NCBI GenBank assembly: GCA_019058275.1
Contig: JAHLVW010000117.1
Span: forward strand, 1-15,885
Length of the DNA stretch: 15,885 nucleotides
Reading direction: 5' to 3'
DNA from: Candidatus Heimdallarchaeota archaeon
GTDB taxonomy: Archaea > Asgardarchaeota > Heimdallarchaeia > JABLTI01
In this document: piece after piece, positions 1-8,937 of the stretch
How positions within the stretch are numbered: the stretch's first letter is position 1
How the letters are laid out: each line of letters begins with the position of its first letter
The notes under the pieces: model-generated
Told to the model about the DNA's origin: nothing
The model's input: the letters and a program-made list of their open reading frames with translations, nothing else
Database searches by the model: none
Translations under genes and position numbers: made by a program

Positions 1-992
1 ACAGTGAAAGCCATAGCTCTCATCATTGAACCAATTTCGTTGTTCAAAATTGCTATCCAAGTAGCATAAAGAGCATCTTCAAACTCATCAGCAGTTTTGA
101 AACCTACCCCTTTAACAGTATTGTCTTGGAAATTTTCAGTGTAATCAACTCCATGAGCCATAACCTGCTCCCATTCATTTGTTAAAGCATAACTGGTTTG
201 ATTTTCTGCTGTGGTTCGTGAACCCATGAATATTTCAGCATAACGCTCATCAGTAAAGTTTTGATTTGCAGGTAGATCATAAATGTAGATAGCATCGCAA
301 ATTAACTCATCAAAATTGATGTTGATAATATATGGTCGTGAGCTGTTGGTTGCTTCTAAATCTAATCTAAAGAATAGATGTTGTTGCACTGGTAGGAATT
401 TGTTTAAAATTGTGGTGTTCGTCGTATCTGCTCCATCGGTGATATTACCTGTTAGAGCATCAGAATAAGAAACATTTACTAGAGTGTTACTAGTTAATGC
501 TGATCGTGCTTTATGAATTGCTAAATATTGGTAAGTTTCTGAATTAAAATTATCAGTGATCTCGTAGGCATCTGTTTGATCAGTTACATTTTCAAAATAA
601 TTGCTAGTTCCTTTATTAAGGAATCTTTCAAGTTGCCAACTTGAAATCTCTTCCTCTTTTTCAGTTGTGCAGTCAACATTGACCTTATCAACATCTGAAG
701 AGGATATTACCATCTCTGAATCAATATCCATTTGCAGTTGACCGTTAGGTGTCAAACGAATATTGGAGATGTGTTCAGTGTTAGGGAATGATAAAAACTG
801 TGATTTACAACTTAAAGTCGCATCATTATCGAATGTGATAGGTGCTGTAGTGGTGATAGTCACGTCAGGAAAAAGTTCTACTTTAGTAGTTGTTGCTGCA
901 TGACTATTCGAAATACTAGCAGTATTAACAACAATCAAACCAGAAAGAATGAGTGTTGCTAATAATATTCTGATTTTTGTATTTAGCTTCAT
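1..992 (-). CDS. Secreted/surface glycoprotein of unknown function (N-terminal ~330 aa; runs off window start; missing from ORF track)
   Basis: Manual translation from ATG at 992 is open to position 1: MKLNTKIRILLATLILSGLIVVNTASISNSHAATTTKVELFPDVTITTTAPITFDNDATLSC... Basic N-terminus, hydrophobic core and SHA|A fit a Sec signal peptide. N-x-S/T sequons NVT, NVS, NIT, NTT, NSS, NFT, NQT. GGAGG site at 1008-1004. Confidence 0.85.
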   Translation of the reverse strand, partial: MKLNTKIRILLATLILSGLIVVNTASISNSHAATTTKVELFPDVTITTTAPITFDNDATLSCKSQFLSFPNTEHISNIRLTPNGQLQMDIDSEMVISSSDVDKVNVDCTTEKEEEISSWQLERFLNKGTSNYFENVTDQTDAYEITDNFNSETYQYLAIHKARSALTSNTLVNVSYSDALTGNITDGADTTNTTILNKFLPVQQHLFFRLDLEATNSSRPYIININFDELICDAIYIYDLPANQNFTDERYAEIFMGSRTTAENQTSYALTNEWEQVMAHGVDYTENFQDNTVKGVGFKTADEFEDALYATWIAILNNEIGSMMRAMAFT

Positions 993-1004
993 TTTTTTGA
1001 AAAC

Positions 1005-1121
1005 CTCCCGGGGATCCCCGTCTGGCCCTGGCCTTGGAACAGGCATTTTTGTTCGAATGGTCCCTGAGGGAAGATGTTCGAACTATGATTTTGAGTATTG
1101 GATTAGCGAGGATCCCAGGAA
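1005..1121 (-). ncRNA. Putative structured 5'-leader (cis-regulatory) RNA of the secreted-protein gene
   Basis: 62/120 GC over 1001-1120 versus ~30% background. Closing stem UCCUGGGAUCCUCG (1120-1107) / CGGGGAUCCCCGGGA (1020-1006) uses G-U pairs valid only on the minus strand. Inner stems GUUCGAA/UUCGAAC, UCCC-UCA-GGGA and GCCU-N6-AGGC. Confidence 0.6.
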
Positions 1122-1145
1122 TTCAATTATATACTAGTAGATTTT

Positions 1146-1178
1146 CTTTAAAAGTGTATTGACAAGTGTCTGGACAAG
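1146..1178 (-). promoter_or_regulatory. Putative TATA box (TTTTAAAG) with adjacent 12-bp direct repeat, in a divergent promoter region
   Basis: Minus-strand TTTTAAAG at 1153-1146 lies ~25 nt upstream of the 5' end of the folded leader. Plus-strand AAGTGTATTGAC (1152-1163), AAGTGTCTGGAC (1164-1175), AAG. Confidence 0.45.
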
Positions 1179-1266
1179 AAAAATTATTTCAAGTAAAACA
1201 AAACGTTAATAATGGCATAAAATTGATTTCGCTTTAGACATTGATAACAAGCACAGGTGTATATAT

Positions 1267-3264
1267 TTGTCTAAACGAAATATTTTGCTAATAATTACAA
1301 TTGTAGTGTTTACATTATTTATTTCACAAGTAAATATAGTAAAAGGCATTTCATTTATTGAAGATGCTACAGATGATGTTTTGAGATATGAAATTGGGGA
1401 ATTTGATGAAAAAGGAGATTTCCAAAACGAAATCGACATTGTAAGTTTAACTTTCGTTGGAATTGATTTGTGTCTAACACTTCAATCTGATCCTTTGCTT
1501 GATGATAATTTTCACTTATATGAAGTTACTATCATCTGGGATAAAACAGGAACATATGAAAACAAAACAGATATAGAAGTTGGTAGTATAAACGGCACTC
1601 CAATGACTGATACAATAACTCATACTCTTGTAAATGCTTCAGGTGTTGCTTTACCCGACCAACCAGATCCAATCTCAGATAGTACTAAAATTGATGATAA
1701 TCAATTAATATGGGAAATGAATGTCCTTATTTTTGAAAATATGGCTAATCCATATTATGTTAATGCTTCTGCACAGTATTCAACAATGGAAAATCTTAGT
1801 GTAGTTTTATACCAAGATTCCTATTTGGAAGGCGAGAAACCAACTCCACCTCCAGTAGAACCTCGCTTCGATTTTAATACAATCTTGTCGATATTAGGAA
1901 CATTACTTGTTTGTGGTTTTGCAGGATACACAATTGGTTCAATCTCAGTGTATTTCCTAACAACAAACATCAAAGCTAAACAAAACAATACCATATTCAT
2001 GGCTGTATTTGTCCTTGCTCTGGCAATTCTGGTTAATGTCTGGTTTTGGTCTGGACCTTGGCAAATACTTTGGAATGTTGGAATATTCTTTGTAACAATT
2101 GTAATCGGTTATCTATGGGCAGCTAGAGGAATTATGAATCTAAAATTCGATTCACCGTTACCGGATAATTTACCAATAGATACAGATGAAGACAAAAGAG
2201 CTGTCATAGTTTTATCAAAAGGAGAAGCAGAGGAATATAATCCATTAGCAGTTATAAGGCAATACTATAAAAAATCTGAAACAGGCGTAAACCAAAAAGC
2301 AAAGTATTTGCAACCTTTTGAATTTTATAAAGAGAAAAGAAAATACCGTAAAATTATCAAAGGACAATCTGCTTTAACAACAGATGACATAAAGTTAAAT
2401 CAACCAAAGAATCCATATCGCAAAATCTCAAAAACGATTACAGAGAAATTAGAAGGGGCATTTTTGGATTATGATCTGTATCTAGAAGCTTTCGTTAATG
2501 ATTGGCCTACAATGAATCAGGCATTACTTACAGTAATATCTCAAGGTGCAAACAAGATTACTATTCTTAATCTCTTCATGACTAATGATTTCAAATATGA
2601 TATTGCTCTTGATGAAATGAAAAGAATTGATTACTCAGAAATCGGTGTATCTATATTACAAACAGATTTCTTAGCTACATCAAAAGAAATACCAAACTTG
2701 ATTTCTAAGAAGATCAAAGCAGCTGTTCCTGGTGGTAAAGATATCAAAAAGATTGGAGTACTTCTCATTGCTGAAGGTCAACCATTTGAATGGGATGAAG
2801 TGTATCCAATAACAGATCAAGAAAATTTCTTCAGAGACAAAATTAAAAAGAAATTGAAGAAAGAAGGATTCAAAGAAGAGAACATAAAAACAGCTTGGAT
2901 TTATGATAGAAAACCAACAATAACTGAAGCAGTTGAAAGACTTGTTAATAATGGTTGTAAAACAATCATTCACGTTGCTACAACAACTCCAATCGACTGC
3001 ATTCACTCATTATATGACATACCAGAGGCAATGACTAAACTTTCAAAGGAAAAGGAATTTGAAGCAATACCAATTAACGCATGGAATGACAATGAAGAAA
3101 TAATACAAACCTACCTCGGATTAATTACAAATGCAAAAGAAATGCCATTAGCTGAACTCGGAAAGGATGCAGAAATCATACTTCAATCAACAAAAATAGG
3201 AGCAAAATTAACAGAACCTACTGTTGAAGAAGAAAAAGAAGTTGAACCTAATTCTGAAAATTAA
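1267..3264 (+). CDS. Membrane protein: signal peptide, acidic extracellular domain, Pro linker, 3 TM helices, C-terminal class II chelatase (ferrochelatase/CbiX)-like domain
   Basis: TTG start with upstream AGGTG; hydrophobic N-terminus; KPTPPPVEP linker; three hydrophobic segments. Chelatase-like motifs RAVIVLSKGE, NPY, AFVNDWPTMNQAL, KIGVLLIAEGQP, RKPTITEAVERL..GCKTI, DCIHSLYDIP and AWND. Confidence 0.75.
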   Translation: MSKRNILLIITIVVFTLFISQVNIVKGISFIEDATDDVLRYEIGEFDEKGDFQNEIDIVSLTFVGIDLCLTLQSDPLLDDNFHLYEVTIIWDKTGTYENKTDIEVGSINGTPMTDTITHTLVNASGVALPDQPDPISDSTKIDDNQLIWEMNVLIFENMANPYYVNASAQYSTMENLSVVLYQDSYLEGEKPTPPPVEPRFDFNTILSILGTLLVCGFAGYTIGSISVYFLTTNIKAKQNNTIFMAVFVLALAILVNVWFWSGPWQILWNVGIFFVTIVIGYLWAARGIMNLKFDSPLPDNLPIDTDEDKRAVIVLSKGEAEEYNPLAVIRQYYKKSETGVNQKAKYLQPFEFYKEKRKYRKIIKGQSALTTDDIKLNQPKNPYRKISKTITEKLEGAFLDYDLYLEAFVNDWPTMNQALLTVISQGANKITILNLFMTNDFKYDIALDEMKRIDYSEIGVSILQTDFLATSKEIPNLISKKIKAAVPGGKDIKKIGVLLIAEGQPFEWDEVYPITDQENFFRDKIKKKLKKEGFKEENIKTAWIYDRKPTITEAVERLVNNGCKTIIHVATTTPIDCIHSLYDIPEAMTKLSKEKEFEAIPINAWNDNEEIIQTYLGLITNAKEMPLAELGKDAEIILQSTKIGAKLTEPTVEEEKEVEPNSEN

Positions 3265-3281
3265 GCCAGGAAAAATAAAAC

Positions 3282-3314
3282 GTGCCTTTATAAGGTACTA
3301 TTCCAATTTTTTTT
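3282..3314 (+). terminator. Hairpin plus oligo-T terminator
   Basis: GTGCCTT-TAT-AAGGTAC (3282-3298, one G-U pair) followed by T8 at 3307-3314, just after the stop at 3264. Confidence 0.5.
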
Positions 3315-3388
3315 AAGAATACTTAAATTTAATAAAACTTAATTAAATTCGTTTTTAAGTTATGATTCGATATTAATGAACAATTTTT

Positions 3389-4354
3389 GTGATGAAATTG
3401 AGAGATAAAGCAATAATCGATGGACACACAGATGTTTTACTAGCATTAGTAGAACAAAGACGTAAATTCTATGAAGAATCTGATAGAGGGCACGTTGATT
3501 TACCAAGAATGAAAAAAGCAAATCTAATTGCTTCGTTTTTTGCTATATGGCCTGCTATAAATCAATATTATATTCAGAAAGGAACAAGACAATTATTGGA
3601 ACTTGTTGAGGATCCTAGGAATGAAGCATTATTAATCAGAAAAAAAGAAGACATAGAGAAAGCTGATAAAGAGAATAAAATAGGAGTCATTTTTCACATT
3701 GAGGGTATTGGTGGTTTTGATTCAGAATTTCACTTATTGAATATTCTTTATAGAACTGGTTTACGTTCCTTTGGTATCACTTGGTCTGACAAGAATCTCT
3801 TTGGATCTGGTTCGTCATTTGTTCCAAATACTCCAGAAGATACTCGAGGTATTACTGCTGAAGGAAGAGAATTGATAGCTGAAGCGAATAAATTAGGTAT
3901 AATTATCGATGTATCTCATCTCTCAGATAAAAGCTTCTGGGATGTTTTAGATGTAACAAAGAAACCTGTTATTGCATCTCACTCCTCAGTTAGAAAAATC
4001 TCTCCTCATGTTAGGAACTTGTCTGATGAAATGATTAAAGCTCTTGTTGATAATGGAGGTATGATGGGTATAAATTTTGGCAATGTATTTTTACGTGAAG
4101 ATTGTGCAAGAGATGCTGATACTCCCTTAACCAAAGTTATCGATCATATAGACCATGTTGTAAATTTAGTTGGTCCAGATCACATAGCTTTTGGCAGTGA
4201 TTTTGATGGTACAGGTGTTCCTTCAGAAATAAAAGATGTAACAGGTTTTATTGCATTAGTTAAGGAACTAGAAAATAGAGGTTATTCAGATAAAGACATT
4301 AACAAAATCTGTCATGGAAATTACATCAGGATTTTTTCCAAAGTTTGGAAATGA
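3389..4354 (+). CDS. Zn-dependent dipeptidase, peptidase family M19 (membrane/renal dipeptidase-like); no signal peptide
   Basis: Motifs IDGHTD, FHIEG, GITWS..N, IIDVSH, IASHS, RNLSDE, HIDHV, GSDFDG and GNYIR. Start may be the ATG at 3392. Confidence 0.92.
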   Translation: MMKLRDKAIIDGHTDVLLALVEQRRKFYEESDRGHVDLPRMKKANLIASFFAIWPAINQYYIQKGTRQLLELVEDPRNEALLIRKKEDIEKADKENKIGVIFHIEGIGGFDSEFHLLNILYRTGLRSFGITWSDKNLFGSGSSFVPNTPEDTRGITAEGRELIAEANKLGIIIDVSHLSDKSFWDVLDVTKKPVIASHSSVRKISPHVRNLSDEMIKALVDNGGMMGINFGNVFLREDCARDADTPLTKVIDHIDHVVNLVGPDHIAFGSDFDGTGVPSEIKDVTGFIALVKELENRGYSDKDINKICHGNYIRIFSKVWK

Positions 4355-4356
4355 TG

Positions 4357-7300
4357 TTATTTTTTGAAAGGTTTTTTTCGGAACAATAGTTTAATTATTG
4401 TTCCTTTACCTTCTTCACTTTCTATTTTAATATCTCCTTCATGTGCTCGCATAACGGTTACGACAATTAACAAACCAAATGATGAATATCTCTTTGTGGT
4501 CCAAGATTCATTAATTTCCTTCAACTTCTTTTTAGAGATACCCTTTCCATTATCTTTTACTGAGATTATAAAATGCTTTTTAGTTTCTTCACTATCAATT
4601 ACTGATTCTGTTGCTTCAGCATGCTTTACAATATTCATTAAAAGATTCTCAAAAACCTGTTGAAGTTTTATTGAATCTCCTAAGACCTTTGGAAGTTTAT
4701 TAACCTCAATTTTTAATTCTGGATTTAATGAAGTAATTTTCTCTGACATCTTTGTAAGCATATCATTAAGATTTACTTTTGATACTTCACCTAATAATTC
4801 ACCTTTCTTTGCAAGCAAAAGCAAATCTTCAATAAATGAAGACATTTCATCTATACTTTCAGATATTTTCTGACTATACTCCGAATCCAACATTGAATTA
4901 TATAAGGAAATAACTTGCATTTTACCTCTTAAGTCATGAGCAATGGTAGAAGCAAAAGATTCAAGCTCATCACGTTGTTTTTGCAGCTCCATTTGGCTCT
5001 GCATTAACTTTTCCTCTGATAGAATTCTTTCAGTAATATCTGTTATAACAGCAAAACTACCATCATATTGACCTTCGGAATCAAAAATTGGTTGTGGTGA
5101 AATAATTGTTGGTTTTTTAGTTCCATCCTTTCTAACCCAACTAATCTCATAAGACTCTATTGTTCCTTCAGCTCTGTTTTTTGAGTGTTCTAAATAGAGT
5201 TTCTTGTTTTCTTCATCAAGAAAATCTGTTACCTTTCGACCAAGCACTTCATTTTCATGATATCCAAGCATATTACATAATTTAGCATTAACATAAGTGT
5301 TTACTCCATCTTTATTATCAATACCTAAACCATCATTCATAGTTTCAATTAATGTTCGAAATCTTTTTTCACTGTTCTGTAATTCATCTTCTGCTTGTTT
5401 ACGAACTAATGCAACTGATGCTTGGTTAGCAAAAGCTACCAACATTGGAATTCTTGAGATTTTTTTATTTTTCTTCAATAGTATGATAACTGCTCCCACA
5501 AGTTTTCCTTTACTCTTGAATGGAATTGTGTAAGCTTTTCCAATATTCAATAATTTAATCATAGTAGCAGTAACTTTTTTCTGAATAGCTCCTTGAGTTA
5601 TTTCTGACATTGGTTTATCTATTTCTATAAATTGGTTTGCTATCAATCTTTTAAGAGATTCTTCTCTAATTGGTATCTCCAATTCCATTGGATTCTTACC
5701 TAGTATTGCTACTAAATTCTTAGTGAAGCCTTCCAAACCTGTTAAAGATTGAGTCTTAAATGAATAATTGTCTTCATCAAAAGATGTAACAATAATATAT
5801 GAGTCATCAATTAATTCACTCATTCTTTCTCCAATATATTTGTAAATATCAAAATCTGATGAGAATCCTATAAGGTCCATAGCGGTTTGGGACAAAAAGG
5901 TTAGATTTAGGATATTTCTCTCCTCTTCCTCTTTAGCGACTTTCTTTTCAGTTATATCTTGGAATATAACTACAACTGATCCTGGTTTTGAATGAAATAC
6001 TCTAACCTCAAATGCACTAGAAACATTCTTATCTTGATAATATATCTGCTCAGTTTCCCAGACCCCTCCTTCCTCAGCTATTTTCTTATAGATTTTAGCT
6101 AAACCTGATTCAACAGAAGTTGGAAAAGCATCCTCAATTTTCTTACCTCTTAATGTATCATGATCTATCCTTAGGATTTCATTTGCAGATGGATTGGCTC
6201 CTTGAAAAATCAAATTATTCTCTGCATCTAAATTATACATGTGTATACCTAAAGGAGTGGAATTAATTATATTCCTAAAACGTTCTTCACTTTTTTGTAG
6301 CTCTGATTGTGCTTCGTTTCTTAGGATAGCAACAGAAGACTGATTGACAAATGCTTCAATTAGATCTTTATTCTTTAAATTATACCCCTTTTTCATTAGT
6401 ATAAGAACTGCCCCAGCTATATGTTTATCTTTGCTAAATGTTGCTGAATACACTTTACCAATTTTTAATAACCTGAAAATTAAAGAACTCTCTCTTTTAG
6501 TTATTCCTCCCAAAGAAAGATCATGTAAATCATCTTCAATCTTAATAATTTTACCAAAAATCTCTCTCTCTAGATATTTAGGATTTAATTTTGCAGTAAC
6601 CTTATATGGATCTCTACCTAGGATTTTAGTAATCGTTTGAAATTGTTTACTAATCCCTAATAATGATTTAATATTGAAATCTTCATTAATTTCATTGTAT
6701 GATGCTGTAATTATATATGCATTACCTGCTAGATCTTTGATTTGCTCTGCTATGTACTGGTAAATATTTTTTGTGAAAGTTTGTTCTACAAAATGCATAG
6801 CTGAATTAGAAAGGAACAATAAGTCTTTGATTCTTTTTGATTGAACATCTTCCATTAGTTTTCTTGTTGTAATGTCTCTTATAATCCCTTGAACAATCTT
6901 GCTTCCACTCAATTCTATAACTGAAGCTGAAAGTTCTCCAAAAATTTCTTCACCATTTCTTTTTCTAATAATGACTTCAGAATTAATTGATTTTGTTTCT
7001 TGAATTTGAATAAGAGCTTTTCTAGTCTGTTCAATATTCGTTGGTGTAGCAAATTCAAATAGATTCATTTTGAGAATTTCATCTTTAAAATATCCCAAAA
7101 TTTCCAATGTTCTTTGATTTACATCTAATATTTTACTATCCAAATTGAAGAGAATTACAATATCGTTTGATTTGTGGAAAAGTATGCTATATTTTTCAGC
7201 TACCTCTCGTAGATTATTCTCTATTTGGACATTTTCTGATATATCACTAATTATTGTAATAATACGAACAACTTTACCATTATCAAAAATTGGTATCTTT

Positions 7301-8937
7301 CTTGTTTTTGTATGTATAGTCCTGTCTTCAAGTTCATCTGAACCATAAGTTACCAAAATTTCTCCTGTTTTGAACACATGATCATATTCATCTCTAACTT
7401 CATCAGGTAAAAATGGAAATGCTTCAAATACACTTTTCCCCATTAGATTTGATTCAATCTTAAGACTGGTTAACCAATCAATTAAAGCTTTATTAGTTAA
7501 AACGAAGTTCAGATTTTCGTCTACAACATGAAGTGGATCAGCAAGTGAATCCAAAGTTGATCTATATTTTCTTTCAGATGATTCAATAGTATCTTCTATC
7601 GCAACATTTTGATCAATTATATCTAACCCAGAGCTAAGAAAACCAATTATTTGATTTCTATTATCTCGAAGAATATTTGTTTTCCAAGAAATATTTCTTT
7701 CTTTACCAGATTTTGTTAATATTGGATTTTCAACATAAACAGTTGTAACAGTTTGGATGTTGTTGTTCTTTACAATTTTTGATAATCTTTCACGTAAACC
7801 TTTTCGAAGTCGTTTTGGTAGGAAATTTTCAACCCAATCTTTGTTTATGATTTCTTCTTCAGTATATCCAAGTATTTCACAACCTCTTTTATTAATCATT
7901 TGGACGTTTGCATTTAAATCAAAAACAACTACTATGACATCAACAACATCCAAATACATTTGTGTTCGATTTTTTTCTGCTAATAATTCGATATTTGTTT
8001 GCTGTAGCAAATTAAATAACCTAGCATTTTGAATAGCAATTGCAGCTACGTTTGCTAATGCTGATAGTAATTCAATATCTTGTTGTGAGTATGCATTATA
8101 ATCGTAACTTTGTACTTCTATTACACCAATAATTTCTCCACCAATCTTCATAGGAACATATACAGCTGATTTTGTATAATCTCCCTCGTAATGTTTCTTC
8201 TTCTCATTCTCAGTTTCTTTACCTAAAGTTCTACGTAAGTCAGGTAAGTATACATATTCTTCGGTTGTAATAACCTTATTTTGTATTTCACTTTCACGAT
8301 GTGATAAGGACATTGGCGGGAAAACAGTTATGTCTAAAACATTTCCTTCGATTAATGCATAACCAGGTGAAATCGTTTCCTTTGCTTTGTTATAGAAAGA
8401 AACGACGAAAGTATCTGCATCCATAATCGAATAAATATGATGAAAGATAGTTTTGTAGATTTTATTCAGATCTCGAGTTTCGCCAAGTGTTAATGCAAGT
8501 TCGTTTATCGAGATTTGTTGGTCTAACAAATGCTTTCGAGCTAAATCTGTTTGTTTCTTTTCAAAGAGATTGTCAATTAGATTTTCAAGTTCATGGAATT
8601 GACTTGTTGTTTCTCCACCCTTTTGTAAATAGAAATCTGCCCCTAAGTTTAGAGCTTGAATAGCAACTTCTTCTCTTCCTTTACCAGTGAAAATAATAAA
8701 TGGTATTTCATTGCCATCTTCTCTTAATGCAGATAGAAATTCTAAACCATTCATTTTTGGCATTCGATAATCCGAAATTATAACATCGAATTCTTCTTTC
8801 TTAATGATCTCTAGTGCTTTTATTGCAGAATCAGTTGTAATAATTGAATATCTTTCATTCATTTTCTTAAGATAAATTTTAGATACTTCTAGTAAGGTTT
8901 CTTCATCATCTACAAGTAAGATCTTTATCTCAAGCAC
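4357..8937 (-). CDS. Cytoplasmic hybrid sensor histidine kinase: REC-GAF-PAS-PAS-PAS-GAF-like-PAS-GAF-like-PAS-HisKA-HATPase
   Basis: REC motifs ILLVDDE, ISDYRMP..NG, FTGKG and YLQK. GAF VPMKIGGEIIGVIEVQS..AYSQQDIELL. PAS motifs ending DITTRK, DITEKK and DITER. H-box IAHDLR, N-box FENLLMNIVKHA, G1 DNGKGI, G3 EGKGT. GTG start with upstream GGTG. No TM segment. Confidence 0.93.
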   Translation of the reverse strand: MLEIKILLVDDEETLLEVSKIYLKKMNERYSIITTDSAIKALEIIKKEEFDVIISDYRMPKMNGLEFLSALREDGNEIPFIIFTGKGREEVAIQALNLGADFYLQKGGETTSQFHELENLIDNLFEKKQTDLARKHLLDQQISINELALTLGETRDLNKIYKTIFHHIYSIMDADTFVVSFYNKAKETISPGYALIEGNVLDITVFPPMSLSHRESEIQNKVITTEEYVYLPDLRRTLGKETENEKKKHYEGDYTKSAVYVPMKIGGEIIGVIEVQSYDYNAYSQQDIELLSALANVAAIAIQNARLFNLLQQTNIELLAEKNRTQMYLDVVDVIVVVFDLNANVQMINKRGCEILGYTEEEIINKDWVENFLPKRLRKGLRERLSKIVKNNNIQTVTTVYVENPILTKSGKERNISWKTNILRDNRNQIIGFLSSGLDIIDQNVAIEDTIESSERKYRSTLDSLADPLHVVDENLNFVLTNKALIDWLTSLKIESNLMGKSVFEAFPFLPDEVRDEYDHVFKTGEILVTYGSDELEDRTIHTKTRKIPIFDNGKVVRIITIISDISENVQIENNLREVAEKYSILFHKSNDIVILFNLDSKILDVNQRTLEILGYFKDEILKMNLFEFATPTNIEQTRKALIQIQETKSINSEVIIRKRNGEEIFGELSASVIELSGSKIVQGIIRDITTRKLMEDVQSKRIKDLLFLSNSAMHFVEQTFTKNIYQYIAEQIKDLAGNAYIITASYNEINEDFNIKSLLGISKQFQTITKILGRDPYKVTAKLNPKYLEREIFGKIIKIEDDLHDLSLGGITKRESSLIFRLLKIGKVYSATFSKDKHIAGAVLILMKKGYNLKNKDLIEAFVNQSSVAILRNEAQSELQKSEERFRNIINSTPLGIHMYNLDAENNLIFQGANPSANEILRIDHDTLRGKKIEDAFPTSVESGLAKIYKKIAEEGGVWETEQIYYQDKNVSSAFEVRVFHSKPGSVVVIFQDITEKKVAKEEEERNILNLTFLSQTAMDLIGFSSDFDIYKYIGERMSELIDDSYIIVTSFDEDNYSFKTQSLTGLEGFTKNLVAILGKNPMELEIPIREESLKRLIANQFIEIDKPMSEITQGAIQKKVTATMIKLLNIGKAYTIPFKSKGKLVGAVIILLKKNKKISRIPMLVAFANQASVALVRKQAEDELQNSEKRFRTLIETMNDGLGIDNKDGVNTYVNAKLCNMLGYHENEVLGRKVTDFLDEENKKLYLEHSKNRAEGTIESYEISWVRKDGTKKPTIISPQPIFDSEGQYDGSFAVITDITERILSEEKLMQSQMELQKQRDELESFASTIAHDLRGKMQVISLYNSMLDSEYSQKISESIDEMSSFIEDLLLLAKKGELLGEVSKVNLNDMLTKMSEKITSLNPELKIEVNKLPKVLGDSIKLQQVFENLLMNIVKHAEATESVIDSEETKKHFIISVKDNGKGISKKKLKEINESWTTKRYSSFGLLIVVTVMRAHEGDIKIESEEGKGTIIKLLFRKKPFKK

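Noticed and set aside
1040-1090. GTTCGAA motifs resembling a tRNA T-loop; overall size similar to 5S rRNA
   Set aside because: No cloverleaf (no T-stem, D arm or acceptor stem) and no 5S signature motifs; the two copies instead pair with each other.
949-1137. 62-aa plus-strand ORF from the track
   Set aside because: Antisense to the signal-peptide coding region and GC-rich leader of the minus-strand gene; its openness is explained by that composition.
1206-3006. Minus-strand ORFs 1206-1439 and 2680-3006
   Set aside because: Antisense shadows of the well-supported 665-aa gene, with no motifs.
4364-8032. Five short plus-strand ORFs inside the kinase gene
   Set aside because: Antisense shadows with F/S/L/I-rich composition mirroring the K/E-rich sense strand.
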